This document shows, in pieces, positions 9,501 through 18,580 of a stretch of 64,000 nucleotides of DNA. The notes below the pieces were generated by a model. The model worked only from the letters and a program-made list of their open reading frames with translations. It searched no databases and was not told where the DNA came from. The stretch spans positions 3,658 through 67,657 of IMG/VR virus record IMGVR_UViG_3300035661_000056; one strand, 5' to 3'. Within the stretch, counting starts at the first letter, position 1. The number at the start of each line of letters is the position of its first letter. This DNA comes from a virus. Position numbers and translations under genes: made by a program.

Positions 9501-11878
9501 CTGGTTTTGGTGTGAAAACATTTAACCAAGTCAGTGCCCCAACAAAACGGGGCGTTGACCAAACAGTAACCCCTAATGTAGATGTACCCCTAGAAATTGG
9601 TGATGTATGGATAAACTCTGCTAACTTAGTGCAAAAATGGGATGGTTCAGCATGGGTGCCAGCTTCTGATACCTCAGCACTTGATTCATGGCTATCCAAT
9701 GATTTACCTATTATTCAAAGTCAGATTGACAGCAAAACAGAATCCTGGTTTCAATCGTCTGACCCATCAACCTCTTGGACAACAGCTGCACTGAGGCAGC
9801 AACACACAGGCGATCTTTGGTACGATAACACTAATAAGGTGCTTAAGCGCTATACATCATCAAATCCTTACAGTACAGGCTCTTGGAGCGACATTGAAGA
9901 CAAGACAGCTATTGAGGCTTTTAACAAAGCCTCAATAGCACAAACTACCGCAGACGGAAAAATAACTACTTTTGCAGCACCTAATGCACCAACTGCTTTT
10001 GCTGTTGGAGACTTGTGGATTGATACAAATAATGAGAATCTACTTAGTCGCTGGGATGGGTCAGCTTGGGTGCCTTTACGCGACACTAACGCGTCAGCAT
10101 TGATTACTAATCTAGAGCAATCCAAGATAGGGTACGCAACCAAAGGCGGCAATATATTTGACAATAATGGGTTAATTACCAACAAAGCGGGTGTAGATGC
10201 ATGGAATGAAGTGCACCCAGATGATTTAGCAGTATGGCATGTAGGCCTACCACTAGCCACTGCAGTCAAACAGGTTAGTGTGACTGATGCGGATGGCAGT
10301 ACAGCATCCATTGAACAAGCCTTTACTGCGCAAAAGATGCTGAACGATACTCTCAAGGCACAGTACACTATTAAGCTTGAGGTTGGTAATTTGGTTTCTG
10401 GATTTGGTTTGACATCCACTAACACAGCTAGCGCATTCGGAATCCTTGCAGATAGATTCTGGGTATCTCCATCAGCTATCAGTTCTGAAACAGTACCAGA
10501 AACAAACCTTTATGTCGGTAAGGCATGGTATCAACCCAGCACTGGGTATACAATGTACATGACACAATATGAACCAGGTGTCATCTCGGAGTGGAAGTCG
10601 ATTCAAGTAGATGGTATAGAGCAGGTTGCTGCTGCTGTATCTCCATTTGTAATACAGGCGTCTCCTGTTGGTACGCCAGGTCAGCAAGGATATATCCCGC
10701 CAGGGGTTTATATACGCAGTGCGTTCATTGCAAACGGCACCATCACCAATGCTAAGATTGGTGACATGGCCGTTGATGATGCCAAGATCGCCAATCTGAG
10801 TGCAACCAAGATCACTACTGGGTTTCTGAGTGCTGATAGGATCGAAGCAACCTCAATCACGGCGGAAAAGATAGATACCCGAGGACTAACAATAAGAAAT
10901 GCAGCAGGAGACGTTATTGTATCATCTGGGTCATCGCTGCAATATCAGATTGCTCCATATGAACCTGGAGCAACAGTAGGAGCCACTTCAGCCCAGATCA
11001 GTGCCATCACGAATGCACAAAATGTAGCAGATAGTGCAGCGTACCAGGCTTCTTTAGCAAACCAACTCGCCGCTGACAAGCTATCGAAGTCAGGGGCTGA
11101 TGTCATTACCGGTCCAATCAGTCTGAATGCGGAAACTGCCATATTAGTAGGGGATACAACTAACGGTCTTTACCTTGGAAATACCGGAATAGTGGGCCGT
11201 AAAAGCGGACAGACTACATTTGCAGTTGATGCGTATGGAAATGCTGTTTTTAAGGGCGATTTGACCGGGTCTAATGGAACCTTTGGGGGAAATGTGCATG
11301 GCGGCCAGTTTACCACAGGTGCATTTACCGCATGTGCATGGCCAGATGCTGGAAACTATGGAACATACATTGGGCCGGAGGGATTGCTAATTGGCAATGC
11401 AAATAATAATAAATATTTGCAAATTACAAGTGAGGGTAATCTTTATTCACCTGGATTTAATGTAGTAAATGGCACTATGACCATTAACCAAGCTAATGTT
11501 ATTAACACGCTGAATATTGCCGGGAATGCAGTGACTATTTCTGCCAGTGCGTTTACCGCTAGTAGTATTGACGTTGACTGGAACTCTTATCCTACTGGAA
11601 TCTCTATTCAATCAGTACATATAGATAACTCTGATAATCCTGTCTACATTAGTGGGTCTGCATCGTTTGCCAAAGACGGATATTTGCACCTATATAGGAA
11701 TGGTATATTACTTACAACATTATATAGAGCAAGTGCTATTAGTTATACTGACTATCCGGGTCCAATTGGCGTGACATATGAATTACGGGCAAATGCAGAT
11801 TCATATGCTGCAGCCTCAAATCCATTTACAATTTCTGTCACGAATAGAAGTTTATTTGTTCTAGGTGTAAAACGTTAA
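3566..11878 (+). CDS. Tail tip / host specificity protein J-like (2770 aa)
   Basis: J-like N-terminal ~750 aa, FN3-like segment, coiled-coil region, internal duplication, C-terminal AFIANGTITNAKIG-type motif. Confidence 0.9.
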   Translation: MSTVIYLENGLCPQNRRVEQHTNKSIAELAPSWQTPFIAFVDGKPILRAGWELVLEENQSLVFVDADSIPMGGGGSSNPLRTVLMLAVMTVTPSIALNMLDPEWTAILGPAGVKMFTAGVGLVGMALVNVIAPAPKLTTPQQAAELAAPSPTYSIQAQGNSARLEAAIPEQFGYLLCYPDFAAQPYVEYFNNEQYLYQLLCIGRGKYVFNPDTDVFIEDTPIHNFAEVSVTVIPPYTGETPLPSSVTTSVEVSGQTLSTTIIGPFVTNDPDTFVNKLAFDFIAPRGIYYANDDGSLASRSVSIIIEYASVDNYGNLTSGWTKVTGSAIAYSANTTTPQRWSWDCNVPNGRYTVRVSRTENESTAAREANSVVWAGLRAYHPDPPGKNYGDVTLLFIKMRASDNLSGLASKKINVKCTRSLPVWNGNTWIPDTPTRSAAWAFAYVCKQVGLTDAQIDLSALLALDAVCNSRGDTFDGRFDNFLSFWEAATKIMQAVRAKPFMQGGIMRVVRDQVATIPVALFSQRNIVKGSFSVTHLMPTPDTADSVDVSYFDSITWKPAKVRSTLAGSTADKPAKIDLFGVISREQAHREGLYQAACNKYRRKVISFQTEMGGFIPSFGDLISIQHDMPAWGQGGDVLGWNASNRYVTLSEQPVFTTGTHYIAFSRRDGSVNGPYAVIPTTDPYTVVLTSEINSFTPYTGLDEDRTRYTFGPGIAWHQPARVTSVKPQSMHLVTIEAVNEDASVHTADTGVTTPVQVFSQLSTTNFLPSISGLHAGYRYIGDRQVVLTWQPSIGAEKYHIEQSSGNGVWEYDSTVFSNRADSIARFGSLTVYRVAAVGIALGPWSEVTPDLAVDMGPTIPSYEISSRAYVTVDGAQKQLHELVTEVKSVIVIDTTPPPTPGNFTLSAAISSVFITQDTIPAYTQGHGHGSTVVYGVVRAKGAPAPIFTDATRISEFYGTVSSYAANPSQTWHVWIKWRTKDGIESLEPAGGLHGVSVTTGEDVSLLLTALTGEITESQLAQTLNSRIDLIDGPVSTAGTVAYQIAQETANRIAANELTTQALLSEVDARVLSVGNEEAARIEANRLQDEAFQKEARINTDRAQSEAYADLANTLSANAIELNAASTVAIARQELTHTIIDGLSAEAALRTILAAKLDTDIGNTLAAISTEQLARVNADSAEAESRKLLSAQLLGEDGTASTSGLIYSKDKVRADADNALSERITLLSAGSAEQFDSANIWYFDTTVEGWAGNGTPTVTLSFLRPANVASDAYVISPVFSLDGDKYKQVRMRIQKVGSPIFAGYLDWIVGSDTTWDISTRRITFTEPTYISGTALITVTAPWSGTVKQLRLSLSSAQTATDYFEIDWVAVGRPSPGASSAQLQELNRVTVDTSNSTSLASKLNTLTATIGDANTGLIKSLATIANDYITAATLNSSVANGQSSLTAKMGPVRVFRQSEPPTQVANFEAITLKDGSTTYLPKLSVGSTWYDTDDGNKPYTWSGTDWVYTPDTSATATQAYINNLETALANPTTATTNAWKDAIAEVTNPVTGLSATKAAVNTLTDTVAAQKEASATDHKSLLVQGEEDGYTQLRNILNGEIESKRLSSTIALVAQDLDAKIVDGLSAEAAARTTLATEVASNKATLVNDYYTKTDVNKVTSNATTTLKAEMEGINGSVGSLKATLTNDYSTTATTTAAAAAAQQALVAHMGPLLVFREPGTARIDGPDIGGPAQDFNYLPNKIILSTGEVKYLPKLSTGAIWYNTANSNKPHTWDGSTWIYTPDVSPTATKAYINNLETALANPTTATTSAWKDAIAEVTNPVTGLSATKAAVNTLTDTVATQKEASAIDRKALLVQGKEDGYTQLRNVLAGEEGNKRISETLAMVAQDLDAKIVDGLSAEATARTTLEATVSGNNATLLNKYRTYADQDVVTASALTQLKADIENKTGSSLGALLNKDYSTTVDMNGAIANAKTQLKAYSGFGVKTFNQVSAPTKRGVDQTVTPNVDVPLEIGDVWINSANLVQKWDGSAWVPASDTSALDSWLSNDLPIIQSQIDSKTESWFQSSDPSTSWTTAALRQQHTGDLWYDNTNKVLKRYTSSNPYSTGSWSDIEDKTAIEAFNKASIAQTTADGKITTFAAPNAPTAFAVGDLWIDTNNENLLSRWDGSAWVPLRDTNASALITNLEQSKIGYATKGGNIFDNNGLITNKAGVDAWNEVHPDDLAVWHVGLPLATAVKQVSVTDADGSTASIEQAFTAQKMLNDTLKAQYTIKLEVGNLVSGFGLTSTNTASAFGILADRFWVSPSAISSETVPETNLYVGKAWYQPSTGYTMYMTQYEPGVISEWKSIQVDGIEQVAAAVSPFVIQASPVGTPGQQGYIPPGVYIRSAFIANGTITNAKIGDMAVDDAKIANLSATKITTGFLSADRIEATSITAEKIDTRGLTIRNAAGDVIVSSGSSLQYQIAPYEPGATVGATSAQISAITNAQNVADSAAYQASLANQLAADKLSKSGADVITGPISLNAETAILVGDTTNGLYLGNTGIVGRKSGQTTFAVDAYGNAVFKGDLTGSNGTFGGNVHGGQFTTGAFTACAWPDAGNYGTYIGPEGLLIGNANNNKYLQITSEGNLYSPGFNVVNGTMTINQANVINTLNIAGNAVTISASAFTASSIDVDWNSYPTGISIQSVHIDNSDNPVYISGSASFAKDGYLHLYRNGILLTTLYRASAISYTDYPGPIGVTYELRANADSYAAASNPFTISVTNRSLFVLGVKR

Positions 11879-11886
11879 GGTAAGAA

Positions 11887-12462
11887 ATGATTCAAATAAC
11901 TATATTTAACCGTGCTACTGGTCAAATTCAACGAATAGTAGCGTGTGATGAAACTAGCATTAGCTATCAGTACGATACTAGTATTTGCGACCATATAGTC
12001 GGTGTTTTCGCTGATGATAAGTATTACATTGAAAATGGGGTGGCTATCCTTATACCGGCTAAGCCATCAGAAAACCATATCTTCAATTATACCACCAAGC
12101 AATGGGAAGACCCTCGCACCTTACAAGATATAAAAGATGTGCAGTGGGCTTTGATTAAACAATCACGCACCAGAGCAGAGTATTCAGGTTTCACCTGGGA
12201 TGGCTCAATATTCGACTCAGATGCAGTCAGTCAAAACCGCATCACGGGTGCAGTAACTCTGGCACAACTATCGTCATCCTTCACGATTGACTGGACATTG
12301 CAAAACAATACAGTTCGTACCCTAAGTCAGACAGACATGTTGCAAGTCGGTGCAGCACTTGGGGTGCATGTGCAGACACAGTTCACTAAAGGGCAAGCGC
12401 TTCGGGCACAGATTGATGCAGCCACCACCGTTGCCGAAGTTGAAGCAGTAGTGTGGTACTAA
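11887..12462 (+). CDS. Tail fiber-associated protein (DUF4376-like C-terminus)
   Basis: FTWDGSIFDSDAVSQNRITGA...WTLQNN...LRAQIDAATT motif; located between J and fiber genes. Confidence 0.7.
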   Translation: MIQITIFNRATGQIQRIVACDETSISYQYDTSICDHIVGVFADDKYYIENGVAILIPAKPSENHIFNYTTKQWEDPRTLQDIKDVQWALIKQSRTRAEYSGFTWDGSIFDSDAVSQNRITGAVTLAQLSSSFTIDWTLQNNTVRTLSQTDMLQVGAALGVHVQTQFTKGQALRAQIDAATTVAEVEAVVWY

Positions 12463-12497
12463 ATAATGATATTACTAAAACTTAATAAGGAAATTAT

Positions 12498-14591
12498 ATG
12501 GGTTTTTATCGCACAGGCACAATTAGCCTAACCAATGGATCGGTTTCAGTTACAGGTACAGGAACCGACTTTATTGGTGGTGCTACTATTGGTGAATGTT
12601 TACAAGCACCCGATGGCAAGCTATATGAAATACTAAGCATTCAGTCTTCTACAGCGCTCACGTTGGGGCAGCCTTACCTTGGGGCAACAGCATCGGGTCA
12701 AACTTACAGTATTGTCCCAACACAGAGCTATATTCGTGACTTAGCAGGCCAAGTAGCAACGTTGGTTAATAGTTATTCAGCTACAAAAACCAATGCTCTC
12801 ATAGTCACTGCTGATGACAAAGGTACCATTGTTGATGCTGACAAGCTTGGTGGCCGCGATTCGGTGAGTGGGCTTGCAAAGCTGTTCAGCTTCAGCACAA
12901 TCAAGTCTGCACTAGCAAGCTGGCTCAATGGGGGAACTCTGCCTATTTCGGCTACTACTATTAGTGCGACTGGTGCACTTACCGCTGCATCGGTTTTAAG
13001 CGGCTCAGATATATCCGTGACTGCTCCCACAAACTATTTATATAACAGTAGCAATGGAGTTAATGGATTCTACTTAGATGGTACTGGTCAGAATGTGCGT
13101 GTATATACAGCGGGCTCTGAGAAAATGCGTATAGATGCTGCTGGCAATCTACATGTCCCCGGAGGTGGAGGAATACCAACAAATGAGGCGTTTGGTACAG
13201 GCGCGCTACACTCCAACACCACGGGCTATCAAAATACAGTAAGCGGTAAAGACGCTCTGTATCACAACACTACAGGTAACCAAAACACAGCAAGTGGTCA
13301 AGCTGCTCTATACTCCAATACCATAGGCAGTCAAAACACAGCGAGTGGTGTAAACGCTCTGTTCTCCAATACCACAGGCATCTATAACACAGCAAGTGGT
13401 GTGAGTGCTCTGTACTCCAATACAGTAGGCAACAATAACACAGCAAGTGGTTTAGTTGCTCTGTTCTCCAACACCACAGGCAGTCAAAATACAGCAAATG
13501 GTGTAAGCGCTCTAGCTAACAACACTATAGGAAGCAACAACACAGCAAGCGGGCAAAGTGCTTTGCAGAACAATACCACAGGAAACTACAACACAGCCTG
13601 TGGTGTAGGTGCGATGTATTCCAACATCACAGGCACCCAAAATACAGCAAGTGGTAAAGACTCTATGTTTTCTAATACCACAGGCAGTCAAAACACAGCA
13701 AGTGGTCAAGCTGCTCTGTACTCCAACACCACGGGCTATCAAAATACAGCAAGTGGTGTGAGTGCTCTATCCTCAAACACTACAGGTAACCAAAACACAG
13801 CAAGTGGTCAAGCTGCTCTATACTCCAACACCATAGGCAGTCAAAACACAGCGAGTGGTGTAAACGCTTTGTTCTCCAATACCACAGGTACTAACAACAC
13901 AGCAAATGGTGTGAGTGCTCTGTACTCCAATATATCAGGCAACAATAACACAGCAAGTGGTTTAGTTGCTATGTTCTCCAACACCACAGGTAGTCAAAAT
14001 ACAGCAAATGGTGTAAGCGCTCTGGCTAGCAACACTATAGGCAGCAACAACACAGCAAGCGGACAAAGTGCTTTGCAGAACAATACCACAGGAAACTATA
14101 ATACAGCCTGTGGTGTAGGTGCGATGTACCACAACACTACAGGTAATAACAATACCGTATTAGGTTCCCAGTACCGTATAGATAACTCCTATGCACCAGC
14201 CTATGACATAACCACCGAGGACAATCGTGTATCTATAGCCCATACAGGCGTTACCAACGCCTACATACAGGTAGCCTGGACTGTCGTGTCTGATGCCAGG
14301 GACAAGACAGACTTTGCGCCCGTACCTCACGGTCTAGACTTTGTCTGCCAGTTAAAGCCAACTGCTTACCGTTACAAGCCAAGCAGGGATGCTGTTGAAG
14401 GACATGGACCAGTTCGATACGGATTCAAAGCTCAGGATATCTTAGAACTTGAGGGCGAAACTCCTGTTATTATTGATACCGAAACCCCAGACAAATTGCG
14501 GCTTAATGACCAGTCAATGCTGGCTGTGCTTGTCAATGCAATCCAAGAACTCAAAGCCGAGTTTGATGTTTATAAACTTTCTCACCCATAA
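12498..14591 (+). CDS. Tail fiber with 17-aa beta-solenoid repeats and C-terminal intramolecular chaperone (peptidase S74-like)
   Basis: N-terminal YRTGTISLTNGS..VTGTGT; ~18 NTTGxxNTAxGxxALxx repeats; SDARDK...YGFKAQ...LVNAIQEL. Confidence 0.88.
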   Translation: MGFYRTGTISLTNGSVSVTGTGTDFIGGATIGECLQAPDGKLYEILSIQSSTALTLGQPYLGATASGQTYSIVPTQSYIRDLAGQVATLVNSYSATKTNALIVTADDKGTIVDADKLGGRDSVSGLAKLFSFSTIKSALASWLNGGTLPISATTISATGALTAASVLSGSDISVTAPTNYLYNSSNGVNGFYLDGTGQNVRVYTAGSEKMRIDAAGNLHVPGGGGIPTNEAFGTGALHSNTTGYQNTVSGKDALYHNTTGNQNTASGQAALYSNTIGSQNTASGVNALFSNTTGIYNTASGVSALYSNTVGNNNTASGLVALFSNTTGSQNTANGVSALANNTIGSNNTASGQSALQNNTTGNYNTACGVGAMYSNITGTQNTASGKDSMFSNTTGSQNTASGQAALYSNTTGYQNTASGVSALSSNTTGNQNTASGQAALYSNTIGSQNTASGVNALFSNTTGTNNTANGVSALYSNISGNNNTASGLVAMFSNTTGSQNTANGVSALASNTIGSNNTASGQSALQNNTTGNYNTACGVGAMYHNTTGNNNTVLGSQYRIDNSYAPAYDITTEDNRVSIAHTGVTNAYIQVAWTVVSDARDKTDFAPVPHGLDFVCQLKPTAYRYKPSRDAVEGHGPVRYGFKAQDILELEGETPVIIDTETPDKLRLNDQSMLAVLVNAIQELKAEFDVYKLSHP
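13215..14160 (+). repeat. 51-bp (17-aa) tandem coding repeats with a higher-order duplication at 510-bp offset
   Basis: Units 2-8 (from 13266) recur nearly identically as units 12-18 (from 13776). Confidence 0.9.
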
Positions 14592-14600
14592 GGACTTATC

Positions 14601-15065
14601 ATGAATGAATTCACCCCAGAACAACAATATGCAGCCGCACTGCATTCCGTTTCACTCATTGATACCCTACTTCAGGAAGCCGTTCCGACGCCGGAATCGC
14701 TTGATCGAATCAAAGCTAACGCACAGCACTTGCAAACGATGATCGCCAAGAGTATTTGGACAGCAGCACAGATTGCTACATGTCAAACAGCTGTGGATAA
14801 AGCCAAAACTTTGGTCGATATTGGAACAACCCCTCCTGTGACTGTTCCACAGGCAGTATCTATGCGACAGGCTAGATTAGCTCTGCTGGCTGCTGGACTG
14901 CTGCAGAAAGTTGAATCTGTAATTGTTGACCCTGCTGCCAAGATTGAGTGGGACTACGCAACTGAAGTGCTGCGCACCTCGGGCTTAGTACCACAAATGG
15001 CTACAATGTTAGGCCTGACAGATACGCAGATTGACGACCTGTTTATTGCGGCATCCAAGTTGTAA
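14601..15065 (+). CDS. Phage protein, putative tail fiber accessory
   Basis: C-terminal VSMRQARLALL...WDYATEV...LGLTDTQIDDLF motif typical of genes following fiber genes. Confidence 0.55.
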   Translation: MNEFTPEQQYAAALHSVSLIDTLLQEAVPTPESLDRIKANAQHLQTMIAKSIWTAAQIATCQTAVDKAKTLVDIGTTPPVTVPQAVSMRQARLALLAAGLLQKVESVIVDPAAKIEWDYATEVLRTSGLVPQMATMLGLTDTQIDDLFIAASKL

Positions 15066-15569
15066 TCTTGCTTGGGCTACCTATTTAGAAATTTGGTGAG
15101 GTATAGTTGCCGACCTACTTAAAGACCATCCTAGCAAATTCACCTAACTTTCTCGGAAACTCTAGTAAATAACTAACGATATTAATAGTAATTTATTTAC
15201 AGTTAATAAGTATTACGTAATGCTCTCTATATTTACAAAATACTATTAGTATTTTGTCTTAATTTACTGTGTATACCTAATTTCTACTGTAAAATAGCAG
15301 AAATTAGGTAATACTATACCAGAGTAATACCTAATTTCTGCTTATATACTTTTAATTGCTACTCAAGTCATAGGTATAATATCTACTGTGATTGCTATGC
15401 GTAATACAATACTAGTTAAGAATATTAGACACTCAATGAATTGGGCTGTGAATAGGGTCTACTCTATTTATAGTTAAAGGCGTAGTCATTTATATACTAT
15501 TTTTATTATGTCGCAAATGTCAGTAAAATAGTATATTATTACCTAATTAATATTACAAGGATTATATAC

Positions 15570-15929
15570 ATGGATGAAAACATACATTATACTAACTTAG
15601 AGCTTGAAACAGCTTTGCCAAATCATAAAGAATTTACAAATGAAGAACTATTACTTATTTTTAAAGAGCTACTATTAGAGAGTAAACTCATGCGAAAAGA
15701 GCTAAATGAACGTATTGCAAATGAAAGTTCACTAATATTTAGAGCATTTCCAAATAGTGATCCTGACTCTCATAGATTAAGCCATGAATTACATAGTAAA
15801 CTGCTACAGGAAAGAGCGGATTTTTGGTCTGAACTTAGAGTATCTGTAGCTACTTGGGGAATGATAGGCGTACTAGGATTTATTATTGTAACCGTGTGGA
15901 AAGCACTTTTATTAGGACCAATAAAGTGA
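15570..15929 (+). CDS. Membrane protein, putative holin/antiholin
   Basis: Single C-terminal hydrophobic helix; start of lysis cluster. Confidence 0.5.
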   Translation: MDENIHYTNLELETALPNHKEFTNEELLLIFKELLLESKLMRKELNERIANESSLIFRAFPNSDPDSHRLSHELHSKLLQERADFWSELRVSVATWGMIGVLGFIIVTVWKALLLGPIK

Positions 15930-16339
15930 TATATTTACTATTTTATAAAGCACCTGGTAATATATGGGATAAAATTATTAGACTAGTAACTAAGTCAAAA
16001 TATTCACATGTTGAAATTGCCTTTGAAAAGATAGGGGATACGTATAGGTGTTGGAGTTCCGCAACTCGTAATAATGTTGGAGTACGTATGGCTTGGCAAA
16101 ATAACGCACAAGATATTTGGGATATTATAGAATTACCGAATAATAATTGTAGTGAACAACTATTTTTACAGCAAAACGGTAAGGGGTATGATTATATAGG
16201 TCTATTAGGTACTATATTTAAAATACCTATTTTTAATAGTAAGGATAAGTGGTTTTGTTCCGAAATTATAGCTGAAGCCCTAGGTGTACCTAATAGTTAT
16301 AAATGTACACCACAAGATTTATATAAAATGTATAGTTAG
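15926..16339 (+). CDS. Permuted papain-like (YiiX-type) peptidase/amidase
   Basis: YSHVE, YDYIGLLG and WFCSE motifs; likely GTG start overlapping the upstream stop (GTGA). Confidence 0.7.
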   Translation: MIYLLFYKAPGNIWDKIIRLVTKSKYSHVEIAFEKIGDTYRCWSSATRNNVGVRMAWQNNAQDIWDIIELPNNNCSEQLFLQQNGKGYDYIGLLGTIFKIPIFNSKDKWFCSEIIAEALGVPNSYKCTPQDLYKMYS

Positions 16340-16448
16340 CTACTTTAAGGCAGCTATTTTTAATTTGACCCTAAACTGCTCATACGCTATAGTGAGCAGT
16401 TTTACAGAAGTAACACTATGTACATTAAAATATTGTTAAGGAAACACC

Positions 16449-16820
16449 ATGTTAGTATTACTACTTAAGTATTGGAAATATATTATTGCAACTGTAACTT
16501 TACTAACTTCATTGTATGGTAGCTTTCTATATATTAAAGATATGGGATATAAAGAAGCCGAGACTAAATATACTGAGATTATTGCTAATAATGAGCGAGC
16601 AATACAAGATAAATCCAAATCTATAGAAGTTATGTCAAATGTTTTAGTAGAGCAACAAAAACAAGCTAGTATTCAACTTAATGCTAGTATCAATAGTATA
16701 ATGGCAGGACTAAAAGGCAAAACACTTACTGTTATAAAAAATGGTGAGTGTACCCCAAGTCAAACATTTTCAGATAGTTTTGTAACTATAAATAAACGTA
16801 CGAATGAGAGTATTAAATGA
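16449..16820 (+). CDS. Inner-membrane spanin (Rz-like)
   Basis: N-terminal TM helix plus coiled coil; 4-bp overlap with a lipoprotein gene. Confidence 0.7.
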   Translation: MLVLLLKYWKYIIATVTLLTSLYGSFLYIKDMGYKEAETKYTEIIANNERAIQDKSKSIEVMSNVLVEQQKQASIQLNASINSIMAGLKGKTLTVIKNGECTPSQTFSDSFVTINKRTNESIK

Positions 16821-17095
16821 TTAAACCACTAGTAGCTTTCCTTATAGCTTTATCTATTCAAGGCTGCGCATTTTTAGATCACTCTAAAAATTCACCTGCA
16901 ATTCCTCCAGGTGCTCCCGTTAATATTTCTGCCGAAGCATTAACTACCTGTCCCTTATTAAAAGATTCGGTACTAGTGTCATCTTTTGAAGAGGCAATTA
17001 TATTGTATGGTGATCTAGCAGAAACTTATGAGGTATGTGCTAATAAGCAGAAAGCTAGTATTAAACTTATTAAAGAACTAGGTAATATTGAGTAA
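16817..17095 (+). CDS. Outer-membrane spanin (Rz1-like lipoprotein)
   Basis: Signal peptide with lipobox IQGC, Pro-rich segment, CP.L and later Cys. Confidence 0.75.
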   Translation: MIKPLVAFLIALSIQGCAFLDHSKNSPAIPPGAPVNISAEALTTCPLLKDSVLVSSFEEAIILYGDLAETYEVCANKQKASIKLIKELGNIE

Positions 17096-17172
17096 TAGTA
17101 GCTAATAGATATTACTACTAATGCCTATATATTTTAGATATAGGCGCCTTAAAATTATTATAAGGAAAATAT

Positions 17173-17382
17173 ATGACACTTGTAGAAGATGCAGAACAGA
17201 GCTGGAAATGGTTTAGTATGCAAGCAATGACTTTAGCTGCAGCTATTCAAGGAGCTTGGGTATTTATTCCCGAAGATATGAAATCAACAATACCACATAA
17301 CTACGTTACAGGTGCTACAGTAGTACTTTTAGTAGCAGGTATATTAGGTAGACTGGTGAAACAAAATGCAATTAAGTCCTAA
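17173..17382 (+). CDS. Holin
   Basis: 69 aa with two hydrophobic helices, WKWFSMQAM...GRLVKQ; overlaps endolysin start. Confidence 0.75.
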   Translation: MTLVEDAEQSWKWFSMQAMTLAAAIQGAWVFIPEDMKSTIPHNYVTGATVVLLVAGILGRLVKQNAIKS

Positions 17383-17791
17383 TTTTACTTTAGAGGAATT
17401 TACTATTAGCCAAGTCGCCGCACGTTTAGGGTTAGATAATACTCCTAAAGGGGACGTACTTGAAAATATTAAATTTACTGCTAATGAGATGGAGAAAGTT
17501 AGGTCTTTACTATCTTATCCAATTATTATTAGTTCAGGATATAGAAGTCCGCAGGTTAATGCAGCTGTAAAAGGAGCTGCAAACAGTCAGCATTTAGAAG
17601 GTAGAGCAGCAGACTTTACTAGCCCTAAATTTGGTACTCCAAAACAAATTATAGAGAAAATCTTATCTTCTAATATTCAGTACGATCAGGTAATCTATGA
17701 ATTTAATACCTGGGTACATATTAGTTTCTCTCCAAAAAATCGTAAGCAAGCCCTAGTAATTGACTTAACAGGTACTAGAAATTTCGTGTAA
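17366..17791 (+). CDS. Endolysin, peptidase M15A family
   Basis: LSPNFTLEEF, SSGYRS, SQHLEGRAADF and WVHIS Zn-peptidase motifs. Confidence 0.9.
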   Translation: MQLSPNFTLEEFTISQVAARLGLDNTPKGDVLENIKFTANEMEKVRSLLSYPIIISSGYRSPQVNAAVKGAANSQHLEGRAADFTSPKFGTPKQIIEKILSSNIQYDQVIYEFNTWVHISFSPKNRKQALVIDLTGTRNFV

Positions 17792-17805
17792 CTATAGGAT
17801 AAGTA

Positions 17806-18540
17806 ATGGCACGTAACTCAGGTAAAACTCGACGTAATTTTCCCATGAAAAAAGACTCTAAAAAAGTTATTACTCAGGTAGAAAAATCAATCGCTAGACG
17901 TAATGATGATTATAATAAGGAGTTTAAAGAGGTAGAACCCCTTAATTTTATTCAAGGAGAATATCTCGAAGCAATTAAATATAATGATATTATATTTGGT
18001 ATAGGAAGTGCAGGTACAGGTAAAACATATATTGCAGCAAACTATGCTGCAAGTGAGTTATTTCATAGACGAGTTAATAAAATTATCCTAACTCGCCCTA
18101 ATATAGAAACTGGTAGAGGCCTAGGGTTTCTACCAGGTACTCTAGAAGAGAAGTACGCTCCGTATCTTGCACCATTTGATACTATTTTTACTAAAGCATT
18201 AGGCAGAGGATTTTACGAATATGCTCTAAAAAATAAAGATATAGAACCTATTCCTTTAGGGTTTTTACGTGGCACTACGTTTGATGATTGTATTGTTTTA
18301 ATTGATGAATGCCAACAAATGACATCAGAAGAATTTAAAATGATGTTATCTCGTATAGGTAGAAACTGTAAGATGATTTTTAGTGGAGATGCTGAGCAAA
18401 GTGATATTCAAAACTCGGGTCTTGAAGATGCAATTAATAGGTTAGAAGGTATTGAGGGAATCTCTGTGATTGAATTTCTAGATCAAGACATTGTACGAAG
18501 TAAGATGTGCAAAGCTATTATTATGGCTTATCGTAAATAA
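17806..18540 (+). CDS. phoH: PhoH-like ATPase
   Basis: GSAGTGKT P-loop, LGFLPG, FLRGTTF, IDECQ, GDAEQSD, DIVRS. Confidence 0.95.
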   Translation: MARNSGKTRRNFPMKKDSKKVITQVEKSIARRNDDYNKEFKEVEPLNFIQGEYLEAIKYNDIIFGIGSAGTGKTYIAANYAASELFHRRVNKIILTRPNIETGRGLGFLPGTLEEKYAPYLAPFDTIFTKALGRGFYEYALKNKDIEPIPLGFLRGTTFDDCIVLIDECQQMTSEEFKMMLSRIGRNCKMIFSGDAEQSDIQNSGLEDAINRLEGIEGISVIEFLDQDIVRSKMCKAIIMAYRK

Positions 18541-18580
18541 ATAAAAGCCCCTAAGCTGTTGAAGCTTAGGGGCTTTTTTA
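18541..18580. terminator. Bidirectional rho-independent terminator
   Basis: AAAAGCCCCTAAGCT-loop-AGCTTAGGGGCTTTTT between convergent phoH and RNR genes. Confidence 0.9.

Noticed and set aside
5292-13742. Short alternative-frame and antisense ORFs within the J-like and fiber genes
   Set aside because: Fully nested in long genes with no motifs or RBS support
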